Notes: a model not told the origin generated them from the letters alone. Numbered from the whole stretch's first letter, positions 1 to 12,280 are shown. The stretch: 63,637 nucleotides of DNA, filler included, from Octopus bimaculoides (GCF_001194135.2; 6 parts of 6 records of this genome joined end to end with filler, not necessarily neighbours in it), one strand, 5' to 3'. Numbers and translations are program-made.

Positions 1-621
1 AGAAACGGGTCGTTCTTGTTGCGTAAATGAAGGGAAGACACTTCAAAACGTCGTTTTTTTAGGGGGGGGGTCGTTCAATTCGTGCGGCACCCATTTCTCA
101 AGTATTTTTGTTTTTCCAATCTCTTTCAAGTGATTGGAAATTGTCGTATACGTTACGTCTAATTCAGAAGCAAGATATCAAGCAGTTGTGCGTGAATTGG
201 CTTCCACTAAGGCTCTTAGTTGATCGTTGTCAACATTCGATGGCTGACCACTACGCTTCTTCTCTTCAAGACTCTCGTCACTGCTACGAAATTTCTTGAA
301 CCACCATTGTGCTGTACATTCATTTGTGGTTCTTGGGCCAAGCACATCGTTGATATCGCGAGCTGTTTCAGCAGCTTTTTGGCCTAGCTTGAACTGGAAT
401 AAGAAAATTGTGCGAATTTGTTTTTTGTCCATGTTGTATTCAACGTTCCAGAAAAAATAGCCTAATTAATCAAAAAGAAAAAGAGTAACACGGTTAGATA
501 GAGCGAAAAACGGGCTTTAAAATGATAAATAAAATCAAAGGAACTTAACGAAAATTAATTTGAAAATACAGCATTTAAAAGCAAAATTAAACCTTTCGCA
601 AGAACTTTCTTGACAATCTAA
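1..621 (-). mobile_element. Mariner transposon, 5' part (decayed; continues beyond window start)
   Basis: ORF 432-178 MDKKQIRTIFLFQFKLGQKAAETARDINDVLGPRTTNECTAQWWFKKFRSSDESLE is a mariner/SETMAR-type HTH N-terminus. A WVPHEL-like motif follows after frameshifts. TA|TTAGATTGTCAAGAAAGTTCTTGCG at 623-597 resembles an Hsmar1-type TIR. Confidence 0.85.
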
Positions 622-759
622 TAGAAGAGTCGCTAACTAGTGGAGAAGTACTGAAGGTGTTTGAGCCCCCAAGGAAGAGAATTCTAGGATTAAAAATAAA
701 AAATAAACAATTCAGGGCTATCACACTACTTGGTCTAGAAGGAATTTTTTTTTTTTCAG

Positions 760-1990
760 TATTTTGTGCCGATGGCTGGCGAAGTTCCTTCTAAAGAGTA
801 AATTACATCATTACATCGTACAAAAGGGTGGGTTCTCTGAACTATTTGGTTGCTTGAACCGTACAGCAGTTATGCAGGTCTTAAAAGAATCAAAAAGAAG
901 CAGGAGATCCGGCAGTTCTGTGGTTGGCCATATCCGAAACTTCATCTTATCTGAAACTACTACCAGAAACACAACCTTGTGAAGGAGGGTCTTCGGGCAC
1001 ATCATGTACCCAGAGAGGACATCCTCGATTATTAATACAAAATTCGAATGAGTATTACTTTTAGGTCCACAAAAATCAAAGTTACACAGGCTTGAGATAT
1101 GAATTACAACTGGCTGAACCATCTCAGTCATCTATTTTGCCCTCGCCATGAACATGAAGGTGAAGTCAGCAGATGCGGAGTAACAAGAACCCCAAAGACT
1201 GGCATGCAGCAGTCACCAGTAGGGGTTTTCATGGATACGCTGACTATAACCACATCATCAGTTCCTAGCAGCAGATGGTTCTTGAAAGGACTTTGGAATC
1301 TTATCTCAGAAGTAAAGATTAGCTTTAAGCCATCAGAGTCAAGCTCCCTTGTGCTACAGAAGAGGGATTTAGGGGGAAATTTCTACTTCCTCTTATTCGA
1401 AACTACTATCTCGACGTTAACAGAAAAGCCAAAGACATTGTTGTCGTCCACAACAAAACACTTTGAGCCTGGTTTAGCAAGGTTAACACATAGAGATTGT
1501 TTTGTCGTTCAAGCCTGCGCTGGTTTCTAAACTGCCAGATTGATTAAGTCAAAGGTAAGATGCCACAACATCTCCAAGAGGAAATGTGTGCATATGTAGA
1601 AAAAGTACGAGTAAGCAAACCGAGGAGGACTCTGTCAATAAAGAGCTTAGACTGAGTGGGTCAATGTAGAGCAGTGGAACATCATTTAGTCGTATTTCTG
1701 GTAAGCTATTTATGGCTTCAAACTCTTGATCAGAACTATTCACGACATCTTAACAACACCTTCAAATCTTTACACATAAGAGAAGCACCTTCTGCCTTCT
1801 GTGTGCTGAAAAAAGGGAATCCCTTCAGCCCCCTCCACTCAGAAGTTTCCCCAAAGTCTACACTCCCATTCACTACCAGTACCATGCTCAAGGCTGTTGC
1901 AGAGGTGGTTACTACAAATATTCAAACTCGGTTTGGTCCCTACCGTGAAGTATTGAAGCAGCTATGTGATGATTTAGGAATTCTCTTGAC
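760..1990 (+). mobile_element. HERO-clade (R2 superfamily) non-LTR retrotransposon fragment, frameshifted RT
   Basis: Peptides VQKGGFSELFGCLNRTAV (764-982), GMQQSPVGVFMDTLTITTSSVPSSRWFLKGL...SFKPSESSSLVL (1099-1530), KLLIRTIHDILTTPSNL (~1720-1770) and LKAVAE match recalled HERO motifs VQKGG..GCLEH, PPIRAFMDDLTVTT, FKPAKSRSLVL and FLIRSVYDVLPSPSNL. Confidence 0.75.
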
Positions 1991-2029
1991 CTTTTAATTG
2001 TTCTCTATGGCAAGATAAACACAAACAAT

Positions 2030-2432
2030 TATCTGAGTATTTTAATTCATCATGGCCATCTTATGCTGCAAACATAGTTCTCTTAAGGTAGCACAATCTT
2101 CCAGAACGATAATGCGCCGAATAACTCGGCTAATGTTATTCAAAGTTGACCCCTTTGATTGGAGCCCACAATCACTGCTTCTCAGTTTAATCGAACATTT
2201 ATGGTGCACTTTGGAGGAGGAACTGCTTCCCTTCGACATCGTCACAAAAAAGAGCTAATGCAGGTCTCACTTGAAGAATGACTCGAAACTCCCCTAAAAT
2301 TTCTTCAGAATATATACGAATCAATTCCTCAATGTATTAAAGCTATGTCTGATGCCAAATGTGGAGCAACTCCTTGTTAAATAATAAAACTTCCATTTAA
2401 CAAGGTGTTTCCATTATTTTATCAAACACCTG
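2030..2432 (+). mobile_element. Tc1-like transposon 3' fragment with right TIR
   Basis: PFDWSPQSLLLSLIEHLWCTLEEEL resembles WPPQSPDLNPIEHLW. The C-terminus YESIP..IKA..DAKCGATPC* follows. TIR-like end aggtgtttccattattttatcaaacacctg finishes at 2432. Confidence 0.75.
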
Positions 2433-2527
2433 AATACATACATACATACATACATACATACATACATACATACATACATACATACATACTTACATACATA
2501 CATACATACATGCATACATACATACAT
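2433..2527 (+). repeat. (TACA)n microsatellite
   Basis: Direct reading. A matching array resumes at 3241-3300 after the retroelement. Confidence 0.95.
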
Positions 2528-3240
2528 GATATTGTAACTAGGACACTCTATAATGAAATCCGTCAGAAGAATAACTCCGAAGACAAAGAAATAAGAACTC
2601 ACAATATGGTAGAAGCCATAACCACTCATAATGAAAAGAAGTAATGGTGGAATGTTTCAGTGAAGACCTCAATAAAATGTAAACACAACAGACCTGATGT
2701 AATGATTTGGAATAGAAAAGAGAAACTGTGTACAGTTGTGGAAATTAGCTGCCCGGTAGATGTTAACATCAAGCTGGAGATCAGTGAAAAAAAGAATACC
2801 TACGCTAAACTATTGAGAAATCTGCAGTTACTCTAACCAGATTATAAGTTCAGGTTTATACCTGTAATTATTGAAGCCCTGGGATATGTAATACAATGCC
2901 TAAATACCAATCTTGAGAAATTAGGCTTTCAAAGCCAGAAAGGAGAAAGCTAATTTGAAGATTACAGAACCAATCCATCACTAGAACTGTAAAAATCTGT
3001 AAAACTTTCCAGAAGTTTGTCATTTAAATATATATGAGCATGTCTAGATATGCAACTATATGCATGAGAATACATACACAAAACAAAGCATACAAATTTG
3101 CACATATACATACATATATACAAACAGACAAAAATATCCTGTTGTTCGTGTTGAAATTCCAATGAAGGAGTCTTGGATCTAGGTTAGAAACCGGCTCTTT
3201 CTGCATTGGCAAGAAATTTTGAAATAAAGCTGAACAATGA
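2525..3240 (+). mobile_element. R4/Dong-clade non-LTR retrotransposon 3' end (restriction-like endonuclease domain), (TACA)n-associated
   Basis: HDIVTRTLYNEIR (post-zinc-knuckle), then WWNVSVKTSIKCKHNRPDVMIWNRKEKLCTVVEISCPVDVNIKLEISEKKNTYAKLLRNLQLL*PDYKFRFIPVIIEALG (RPD...E RLE motif). It ends TVKICKTFQKFVI*, followed by a 3' UTR and a (CATA)n tail. Confidence 0.85.
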
Positions 3241-3263
3241 CATACATACATACATAATACATG

Positions 3264-3295
<32 letters not shown>

Positions 3296-3689
3296 CATAC
3301 ATCAAGCGGTGATGCATCTATGAAATCCAGTTGCAGCCATCATGCATGCATGCATGCATGTATTTATGTATGTATATATGTTTGTATGTATGTATGTATG
3401 CTTATATGAATGTATAGAGGGACGATTATGAAATTTATGGGAAAGGAAAACTAATATGAAAACCAACGCAGACATGCCCTTATCGTTGTCGGCCAGATAT
3501 CATCACATTTTCAACACCTTTCAACAATGTTGCACAAACGTGTTGGGGTCAGCAACATCGAAACTGACTAAGAAGAAACGAACAAATATAAAAAAAAGGA
3601 ACAGAGATAGAAAACAGAGGATCATGCAAAAGTTAAGGGGAAAATACAAAATGAAACAAATGCACATATGTATACATATGTGTGTGTAT

Positions 3690-3765
<76 letters not shown>

Positions 3766-4826
3766 GCAGACAGACAGACGCATACATATATACATACTTA
3801 CGTACACACATACATACATACATACATACATACATACATACACACATACATACATATGAGATAACTGTGTAGTAGTACGACACTAGAGAAGGAACTAATA
3901 ATAATTAGATTCAACTCGAAGATGTTGACGTTCTTCAGCAAGGCGCTGGTGTATTCATTAAAAAAACTATGGAAGGTCGAGTTGACATAACCAAATTTGT
4001 AGCCCAAAATATATTTATGGACTTGGCAGAAAACTATTTCTTTCTTAAACATAATGTATAGAAGCTTTACACAAGCTGTCTCTACAATTTCCTGCAAGAC
4101 CTTTGCAAGTCCAACAATAGCAGTGACTGATGAGAGACCAAGTAGAGAAAAGGGGAGTGTGAGGATGTGCCGAATAACTTTTGGCAAATAAAAATGTGTT
4201 GTCAAAAGTAAGAAAACACCGCAGAATCACGGTGTGTGCAACTGAAGTAGCAGTCGATTAAATTCGCCGTCATCTGATGGTGTATAATGGGGTGTATATA
4301 TATTTAATGTTAAGTAAAATTGGCGATTTTAATTTAATGTCCTTAGAGTTGCATATACTGAGTTTTTCTACAGCCCAGAAAACTTTTCAGTACCGATGAA
4401 TGTTTTATTCTGTGTTTTCTACATATCGAATCACGAATTCTGATTAAGATGACAATCGGGTGCATGGCATTGACAAACCTCAAGAAAGGTGAAAAGCGTC
4501 TGTCGTTCTTGTGACTCACTGCACCTACAAAGTTCGTCCCGCTCCGACATATATTGTTTCATGTGTTTTTAACACAAAAAGTATCAATAAATTTTATGTC
4601 CGATGATTCCACAGCACCATGCCTTCTATCGGTGTATACATACATATATATAGAGAGAGAGAGAGAGTTATTAATATTTCTAAGTCTCTCTAAAGGAGAC
4701 TACGACAGCGGTACTGGAAATTAATAGTTATCGCCAAGCCAACATGGCAGTCCCAAAATTAGGACGAAAGCTGCCATGAATTAGCTCCAAGAAGCCATCG
4801 CCTCTAGCTAGCTATGTGACACACGA

Positions 4827-4857
<31 letters not shown>

Positions 4858-5589
4858 GTATTACACAAAGATGGTAATTTTAATTTAATGCTCTTTCAAT
4901 TGCATACACTGAATTTTTCTTAAGACTTAGCAAGCTTCTGCGGTACCAGTGAATGTTTTATTCGCTATTTCCTATATACTGACACACATGAATTTCACTT
5001 GAGCAAATGAAAATCGGGTGTATGGCATTGACAGGCCGCAACAAAGGCGAAATACGTCTGTTATTCTCGTGAGTCGCTGCAGTTACGATGTTCGCCCCGC
5101 TCTGATATAGTATTTTTAAAACATTTCAATGAAAAAGCAATTCAATGAAGAGATTTTATCTCAAACAATTCCGAAGCTTCATGCCTTCTGACAGTGTATA
5201 TATCTTCAGCATGATACACAAATGGCGATTTCAGAAACCTTTTGAGAATATACCTCGATTACAAAATAATGCTCGATACTATTCCACACTTATGGCAGTT
5301 GAGTATACGGTAGTAGGCGAAAGGACCTGCCACCTTAGTTACTCCTACAGAATCGTTTATAAATATTTACAGAGATATTTTCTGATAAATTTGTAAATAA
5401 TGTTGAGATAGACTGAATGTGTAGCCTATCATTGACCTTCGGATATCATTACATCACTCAACATTTCGAAGGGAGATAACTGCAGAATACTTTAATAAAG
5501 GAAAACGACAATGAAACCCTTAAACAAGATGCAACCGAAAAATCTACCAGCACTTTGAACACACCCTACTGAACACTGCGTGTCACAGC

Positions 5590-6273
5590 TGATTAGATTG
5601 CAGAAGGCAGTCGGAGTATTTGGAAGCTCGCTGTGCTATAAAATTCTGCATTAAACTGGGCAAGAATGCTACAGAAACTTATGAAATGTTCCAGACTGTA
5701 TACAGATTAACTTTCTTGCTAGCACAAGAAGTTTAAGGTTGGTAGAGAGGAGGTAAGAGATGATAAGAAGTGTGGGAGGATGGGGGACGTAGGAACATCA
5801 GAACTGGTTGAGAAAATTCAGAATTTTCTGGATGAAGACTGTTGTGTATCTATAAAGACGATAAGCATACAGTTTGGAGTTGATGTGGCAACTGTACACA
5901 GAATTATTCATGAAGATCTGAACATGCGCAAAATTTGTCCAAGGTTTGTTCCCCGGGTACTGTGTTGGGCATCTTGGTAACCAACTATTTATCAGAAATG
6001 GACATCAAAGCTACCCCTCTCACCCTCCCTACAATCCAAACCTTGCCCCCTGTGACTTTTTGTTGTTCTCCAGTCTGAAGGGGAATATGAAGGACGCTGT
6101 GACAAGAGACCTGGACGCCTTTCATGAAGCATTCATGAAGTGGCTGGAGTACTACAAGTGCACTGAAGTCAGAGGATCCTACTTTGAAGGAGTTTTGTGA
6201 TTCTTTGAAATTAATAAATGTCTCAACATTAATGAAACTTATAAAAGTCTCAAAACTTCCAGAACGCGCCTTG
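5590..6273 (+). mobile_element. Decayed, internally deleted mariner
   Basis: EARCAIKFCIKLGKNATETYEMFQTVY, MRKICPRFVPRVL, HPPYNPNLAPCDFLLF and EVRGSYFEG are present. Confidence 0.8.
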
Positions 6274-6905
6274 AATATAGACTTTAAATAAAAAAAACTG
6301 GGCTGGCAGATAAATTCGCATTTTTTTTTCTATTTGGCAATCCATCGTCATATATCTGAAAAGATGTAAAATATATTCAAATTTCAAAAATGATTTACGA
6401 AAGTTGCAGAGAAAGGATAGAGCTAAAAGAATCACATAAAACATGATGATAAAAACTATTTTCTGTGTTAATTCAACTCTGACAACCCAGTATTTCAGTT
6501 TGTGAGTAGGTGTAGCGACTCTGCAACCATTACATAACGTTGCAGAGGCACGTCCAACATCTGACGTCACATAGCGCGACGTATCTCTGACTGTTATCAG
6601 CTCATCTCGTCTGCATCATCCAGTTGCTGATATATGCTCATTCTCTCGATATGCTATATATCTGGTGCGTCTATATGATGCTATATCTATGTCATGATAT
6701 ATTGTGGTAGCAGCAGATCAGTGGTTATACATCTGTCAGATAATATGTGTGTGTCTGTGTGTCTGTGTGTGTGTGTGTGTGCGTGTGCGCGTGTCTGTGT
6801 GCGTGTGTATCTATATAGATATGTATATGTATATATAAAAAAATATATTCATATATACATGCATATATATATATACATATATGTATACATATGTATATAT
6901 GTATA

Positions 6906-6955
<50 letters not shown>

Positions 6956-7218
6956 CACATACATACATATGTTTGTGTATTTATATTTATGCATAAATGT
7001 GTGTACACACTCACACCACACACGCGCGCGCGTATTATTTCATTCTTGTATTTGTTTTGCCAGACTTTTGTGTGAAAACGTGTGTTGAAGCTTGTATATT
7101 GGGAGGGTCAGTTTTGCCAGTAAGAAACACACACACCGTTTCCATTTCATTTATAATTATTATTATCATCATCATCATCATCATCATCATCATTATTATT
7201 ATTATTATTATTATTATT

Positions 7219-7722
7219 GAGTGAGAGAGCAGTGCATGCCATCAAGGTGACACTAGGGTAAAATATACAAAGCCCAATATACCCATTATGAGTACCCGTC
7301 TGATAAGGGTACACCAGGCACATGCATCACAACCATATGTGCGCGACATAGTGATCTCATATCAAGATAAACAGCGCATGACCTCGCAGGTGGGGTCCGG
7401 TTAGAATTTTCTTCAGGTCGAGTAGCCCATCCCGCTCAAAAGGTCCCTGAATAAGGTTTGTTTAAGGATGTTGAGCAAAACACCCATGTTTCCAAAAGTG
7501 AATTATCCAAACCCCAAAGAATTCCTCTCAACACATGGCTATGATGCTCCCCCACTACTTCTGCTCGTGATCAGAGATGCACATATCGTCAGCCACCAAG
7601 GGACATGCTCAACTGGTTACGGTCAAACAACTGACAAGCAAATCTGTGGTATTAAGCAGAATATTTGCTGTAGCCCATCTTTTATACCAAGACAAAACAA
7701 CGTACATGATAACACTTCCATA
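7219..7722 (-). repeat. Unclassified ~500-bp interspersed repeat with (AAT)n tail, copy 1
   Basis: Highly similar to 59010-59510 (same strand) and 54023-54183 (opposite strand). Flanked by ATT arrays. Confidence 0.85.
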
Positions 7723-7736
7723 TTATTATTATTGAA

Positions 7737-7969
7737 GGCGGCGAGCTGGTAGAATCGTTAGCATGTCGGGCGAAATGCTTAACGTTGTTTCATCCGTCTT
7801 CACGTTCTGAGTTCAAATTCCGCCGAGGTCGACTTTGACTTTGACTTTCATCCTTTCGGGGTTGATGAATTAAGTAACAGTGAAACACTGGGGTCGATGT
7901 AATCGACTGGTCCCTTCACCCAAAATTTCAGGCCTTGTGTCTCCAGTAGAAAGGATTATTATTATTATT
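7737..7969 (+). mobile_element. tRNA-derived SINE, family A (GGCGGCGAGCTGG head, (ATT)n tail)
   Basis: A-box-like tggtagaatcg and B-box gagttcaaattcc. Other copies or fragments lie at ~27330-27520(-), 35165-35390(+), 35645-35750(-), 36040-36200(-), 40860-41015(-), 59850-60025(+) and 62165-62300(-). Confidence 0.85.
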
Positions 7970-8364
7970 CAGTAATCTTGTTTTTATCACTTGCTTTCTC
8001 TGCACTACCGAGCGCAGCTCTGTGTGCCTTGGGTATGAGCTGTGGTTTGTTGCAGTGCTTTTATTTTCACTGTGTTGAAAGTGTTTTACGTAGGATGTGT
8101 GCGGTGCATAGTCGTGCTATTTTCTGTATGGTATACATACTTGTTAGTCCTGGTGTTTTTTGTTATGCATTTGTCTGAATGTTTTTCATCATACCTAATG
8201 TATCCACTATAATAGGAATTGTTTCTGTTTTTAGGCTCCACATTCGAGTTACGTATTTTAAAAGTTTCTGCGTTTCTTTTAAAGAAACATTGTCATCTGT
8301 TGGTATTGATACAACGATTAGAAAGCATTTTTGTCTTGGTGATCTCTGACAACTGTATCCGGCC
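7970..8364 (-). mobile_element. R4/Dong-clade retrotransposon 3' end, (TAA)n-associated
   Basis: QKCFLIVVSIPTDDNVSLKETQKLLKY..TRMWSLKTETIPIIVDTLGMMK is the RLE C-terminus. A 3' UTR follows and TAA arrays lie on both sides. Confidence 0.8.
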
Positions 8365-8429
8365 AATTATTATTATTATTATCATCATATCAATCGGATA
8401 TTACAATAGGCGGAACGTCCACTTTAGCC

Positions 8430-9320
8430 TTTTATAGTGAATCAGTGGAGGAAAAGTGCGACGACGTTCTTAAGGAAAACTAATCGCTCTTTTCCGGAGA
8501 ACTTCGGCCAGGAACCGATGGATAGTTTCCAAAATTCTCTGGCCTGGCAGTGCTACCGGGGAGCTTTCCCTGTTCGAGATAAACTTTACAGGCATGGAAG
8601 TGCCGTCAGCAGAGCATGTCCTAGACGCGCGCAGGACGACGAGACTGTCCTGTATGCAGTCGTCCATGCCCGGGAATTACTGACCTGTGGGTTTATGTCG
8701 AACACCTGCTGTCGTGTGTGGGACAGATCTGGCTGTCAACTGAATCCATTGTGAAGATCACCCCGCCGCCTTCCTTTAACCAAGAAGGAAAGGTTGTTTT
8801 TCATATGCCTGGTGGCCATGGTGAAAGAGATTGTGTGGTGGACGAGATTGAAGGGGCTTAAGTCAAACACTTTTCTCTTAGGTCAATTCCTGATGAACTT
8901 CAAGTTTCACTTGGAAAGGAAAATAAAGGTAGAAAGGGAAGTGTTGTCTTCTAACCAGCTTGCTGAAAGGTGGACGAAAGTGACAAGAATGGTGCGAGTG
9001 AACGGGCTTGCCCTGAGCATACGCCTGTAGTTGGAAAAAAGGAAAGGGAAAAAGTTACCTGCCCCAAAAGTCAGGGTACTCATGGTTATTTGTGGGGGGT
9101 TTTCCACGAGCAGACTTCGAACGTCTCCTCCCTATTGAGGATTACATATTGTTGATTTCTTTCCTTCTTCTTACTTTTTAAAAATTTTGTTAGTCTTGTT
9201 TTCACGCAAAACCCTCACAACAACACACACACACACACACACACACACATTTGTCCTGTGCTGTCCATAATGGTTTTCTGAATGTAAACCCTTGTGGTTA
9301 GTGGAGAAATAATTATTATT
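8430..9320 (+). mobile_element. L1/Tx1-clade LINE 3' end with (ATT)n tail
   Basis: SLAWQCYRGAFPVRDKLYRHGSAVSRACPRRAQDDETVLYAVV (decayed CCHC domain) and KEIVWWTRLKG...ERWTKV. The 3' end reads aaacccttgtggtt...aataattattatt; a similar terminus occurs at ~38490-38530. Confidence 0.75.
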
Positions 9321-9337
9321 ATTGTTGTTGTTATTGT

Positions 9338-9957
9338 TCTGAAAGACTCTCGGATAGTTCTTAATTACCGATTATTTTTTACTTGAAAGCAGGCAATAAC
9401 AAATCACCAAAGGTTTCAAGTAGAGTCTTCTCCTGTGACTCAAAGAGCCAATACTCTCCTTAGAATGCGATCTGTACCCAACAATGCTGCCTTCTGGATC
9501 ACTTCGAGCCTTACAGCAGTTCCAATATTCTTAATATGTTTTTCAAAGCCCTTGGAAACTGCTCCCAATGTTCCAATTACCACCGGTATCACCATTACTT
9601 TCCTCATGCTCTATAACTTTCCCATCTCGTCCCGGAGTGGCTGGTATTTCTCTCTCTTTTCTGTTTCCTTATATTTCACCCTCGCATCGCCTGGTATTGC
9701 AGCATCTATTATCTTTGCTTCCTTTTCATCTTTATGGATGAGCACGATATCTAGCCGTCTCCCCTCTGTGACTTGGTCGCACTGTGTGTTAAAATCCCAG
9801 AGTATTTTCTAATGTTCGCTCTCTGAATTGTTTTCATACCAGTCTTCGGCTTTCTAAGAATATAGGCAATCTTTGGAATTCTCTGAGACATGGTTCTCCT
9901 GGGATCTTATCTAGATGTTTCTGATATCCCTTTTTTATCTTACCTAGGGCACCTACA
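9338..9957 (-). mobile_element. R4/Dong-clade retrotransposon 3' end plus a second short Dong fragment
   Basis: KILWDFNTQCDQVTEGRRLDIVLIHKDEKEAKIIDAAIPGDARVKYKETEKREKYQPLRDEMGKL*SMRKVMVIPVVIGTLGAVSKGF...IQKAALLGTDRILRRVLAL*. Segment 9957-9860 encodes IVGALGKIKKGYQKHLDKIPG, from another copy. Confidence 0.85.
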
Positions 9958-9958
9958 A

Positions 9959-10003
<45 letters not shown>

Positions 10004-10010
10004 GATAATG

Positions 10011-10042
<32 letters not shown>

Positions 10043-10106
10043 CATTATTATTATTATTATTTCTTTTTATTACAGGTTTTGTTGGAACTCTTGGAGTTTT
10101 GCATGA

Positions 10107-10186
<80 letters not shown>

Positions 10187-10190
10187 TATT
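9955..10190 (+). repeat. Compound (TAT)n/(CAT)n microsatellite
   Basis: Direct reading. It is interrupted by a ~50-bp non-repetitive insert at ~10062-10108. Confidence 0.95.
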
Positions 10191-10399
10191 TGGTAATAAG
10201 ACATTGTTATTATATGTGCGTGTGTGCGTGTGCGCGCGTGTGTATGTGCATATATATGCGTATTTGTGAGTGTGTGTGTATATGTATCTGTGTGTGTTTC
10301 TGTGTGTGTTTCTGTGTGTGTTTGTGCGCTCGTGCGTGTGTGTGCATATCTATTCATATGTATATATCTATTTATCTACATCATAAAATGTCCGAAGGT

Positions 10400-11900
10400 G
10401 AAAGAAGTGAATATATTCATAGGATGGCGGTCGTTTCGCAACCTTCATCATGAAATAATAATGTCAGTGTATATTTCCGCACCAATATACATGCTACACA
10501 TTGAATCAATGCAGATAATGAAGGCTAGCTCTTCAGTTCAACAGGACATCATGGTTACACACTTAAACTGGCATCCTCAACCATGTCCAATATTGTTGAA
10601 TACATAGTAAAATTTAACTCTAGTAAATTAAACCACGCGGCTCATAATATTACAACAAATGACAGTACATCTAATATTGTAACTTCTAACCACCTAAATA
10701 ATCACAATGTAATAAATACTGCAAATAATCAATGTGTCGATGTGATTCCAGTAACAATATTAATAGCAATGAAACTGAACTTATCATACATTTGCTCTAC
10801 GTAACGCTCGTAATAAACCATTGTCTCATTAATAGCCAATGTCTTAGGAAAAGTATATTATATAAGTGATTTGTCACTGCTCTTAGTAAAGAACAGCTTC
10901 ACATTAGTGCGTCCTCATTCAAATTTTGCTGAAATAATCACGAATTTACATTTAAGTATAAAGAAAAGGCTAGTAGTACATCTCTAGCTAAATTCATACA
11001 ATCTCTCACTGATAATATTTAATCTAAAGGTTGGTGCGGGTTCTGTGAATCTCATGCATTTCATATTAATAGAATTGATAAAATTAAATCGAATATTATT
11101 AATCAATTATATGATGCCAGATTATGATGCCAGCATCTTAAATATAAATCTTTCCTACATTCTAACTATATATAACGTTACAATTTATCATTATATCTAC
11201 ACTTATTTGACTTTATAGCCGAGATCAGTGCTGCGAATACATTCCATATTTTTGTTAATCATAATGTTATACTATTTGTATAATGTTATACTATTTGTAT
11301 GATGTTATACTATTTGTAGGAATACTTCTTACCCATGATTGCCAATCTCTATCTAAATTGTTCATGTTTGCTTGCTAATTTTCTGTCTTCGTTAACCAAA
11401 ATTTAGTCTTACCTTAATTGATAATGTATTAAACCATATCCAGACATTCTACTAGCCAGATCAATACAATTGAATAATTCCCAACCTTGTTAACCTTACC
11501 TGTTGCCACTTCAGTGGAATTGGTCCATATTCAAACATTCTGCTATCTGTGAAAATACTTATTTTCCCATTTGTGCTAGCACTAAAATTTTAAATAGTTC
11601 CTACATGATAACTTATACTTAAATTTACACTTGAAAATTGAATTTACTCCAATAAATTTTAACCTTTATCAATACATATGTATAATCACTTATTTCGGCT
11701 AACCATAATTTGACTTCGCTAGAGAAATAGATAATGTATTCTGCTATTTATAAAATACTTCTCACATGTTGAGTTTTAACTTTCTCGTCTATCATATTTA
11801 ATGGCTGAACCATTTTTTCATATTATTGAAGCTGCTACCATATAATGACCGCATGATTTTGTAATTCTACACCTTCAAACCTTTAAGTACACCTGTTTAT
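10400..11900 (-). mobile_element. Heavily decayed LINE (CR1/L2-group-like) 3' half
   Basis: Only weak motif remnants survive (WLVE...N*GKTKF; TKSSDK...FPKT). The end at 10400-10600 matches an inverted copy at ~15080-15300. Confidence 0.4.
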
Positions 11901-12280
11901 ATATACCTTAGACATTATTTCCTCTTTATTAATATACATGAATCATTAACTCTCCTCCTATAATCATGTTTTCGCAGATTCAATCTATTTGACGTGTTTA
12001 CATCATAGCATTTATACACATACGCTTATATACATACCTATATACGTAGTTGTTGCGTTAGAATATCTATATGTACACATACATATTTGTACCTATGTGT
12101 ATGACAATCTATATTTGTGTCTATGGGCGTGTGTGCAGTTGAATGTACCTATAGAGATATCTTTCCACTTTCAATATGAGAGTGTTTCTATGCAGTAGTG
12201 TGCGTGTATGTGTGTGTGTGCGCGCGTGTGTGTGTGCGCGCGCGCGTGTGTGTGTGTATGCCTCTATAGGTACATGTGTA

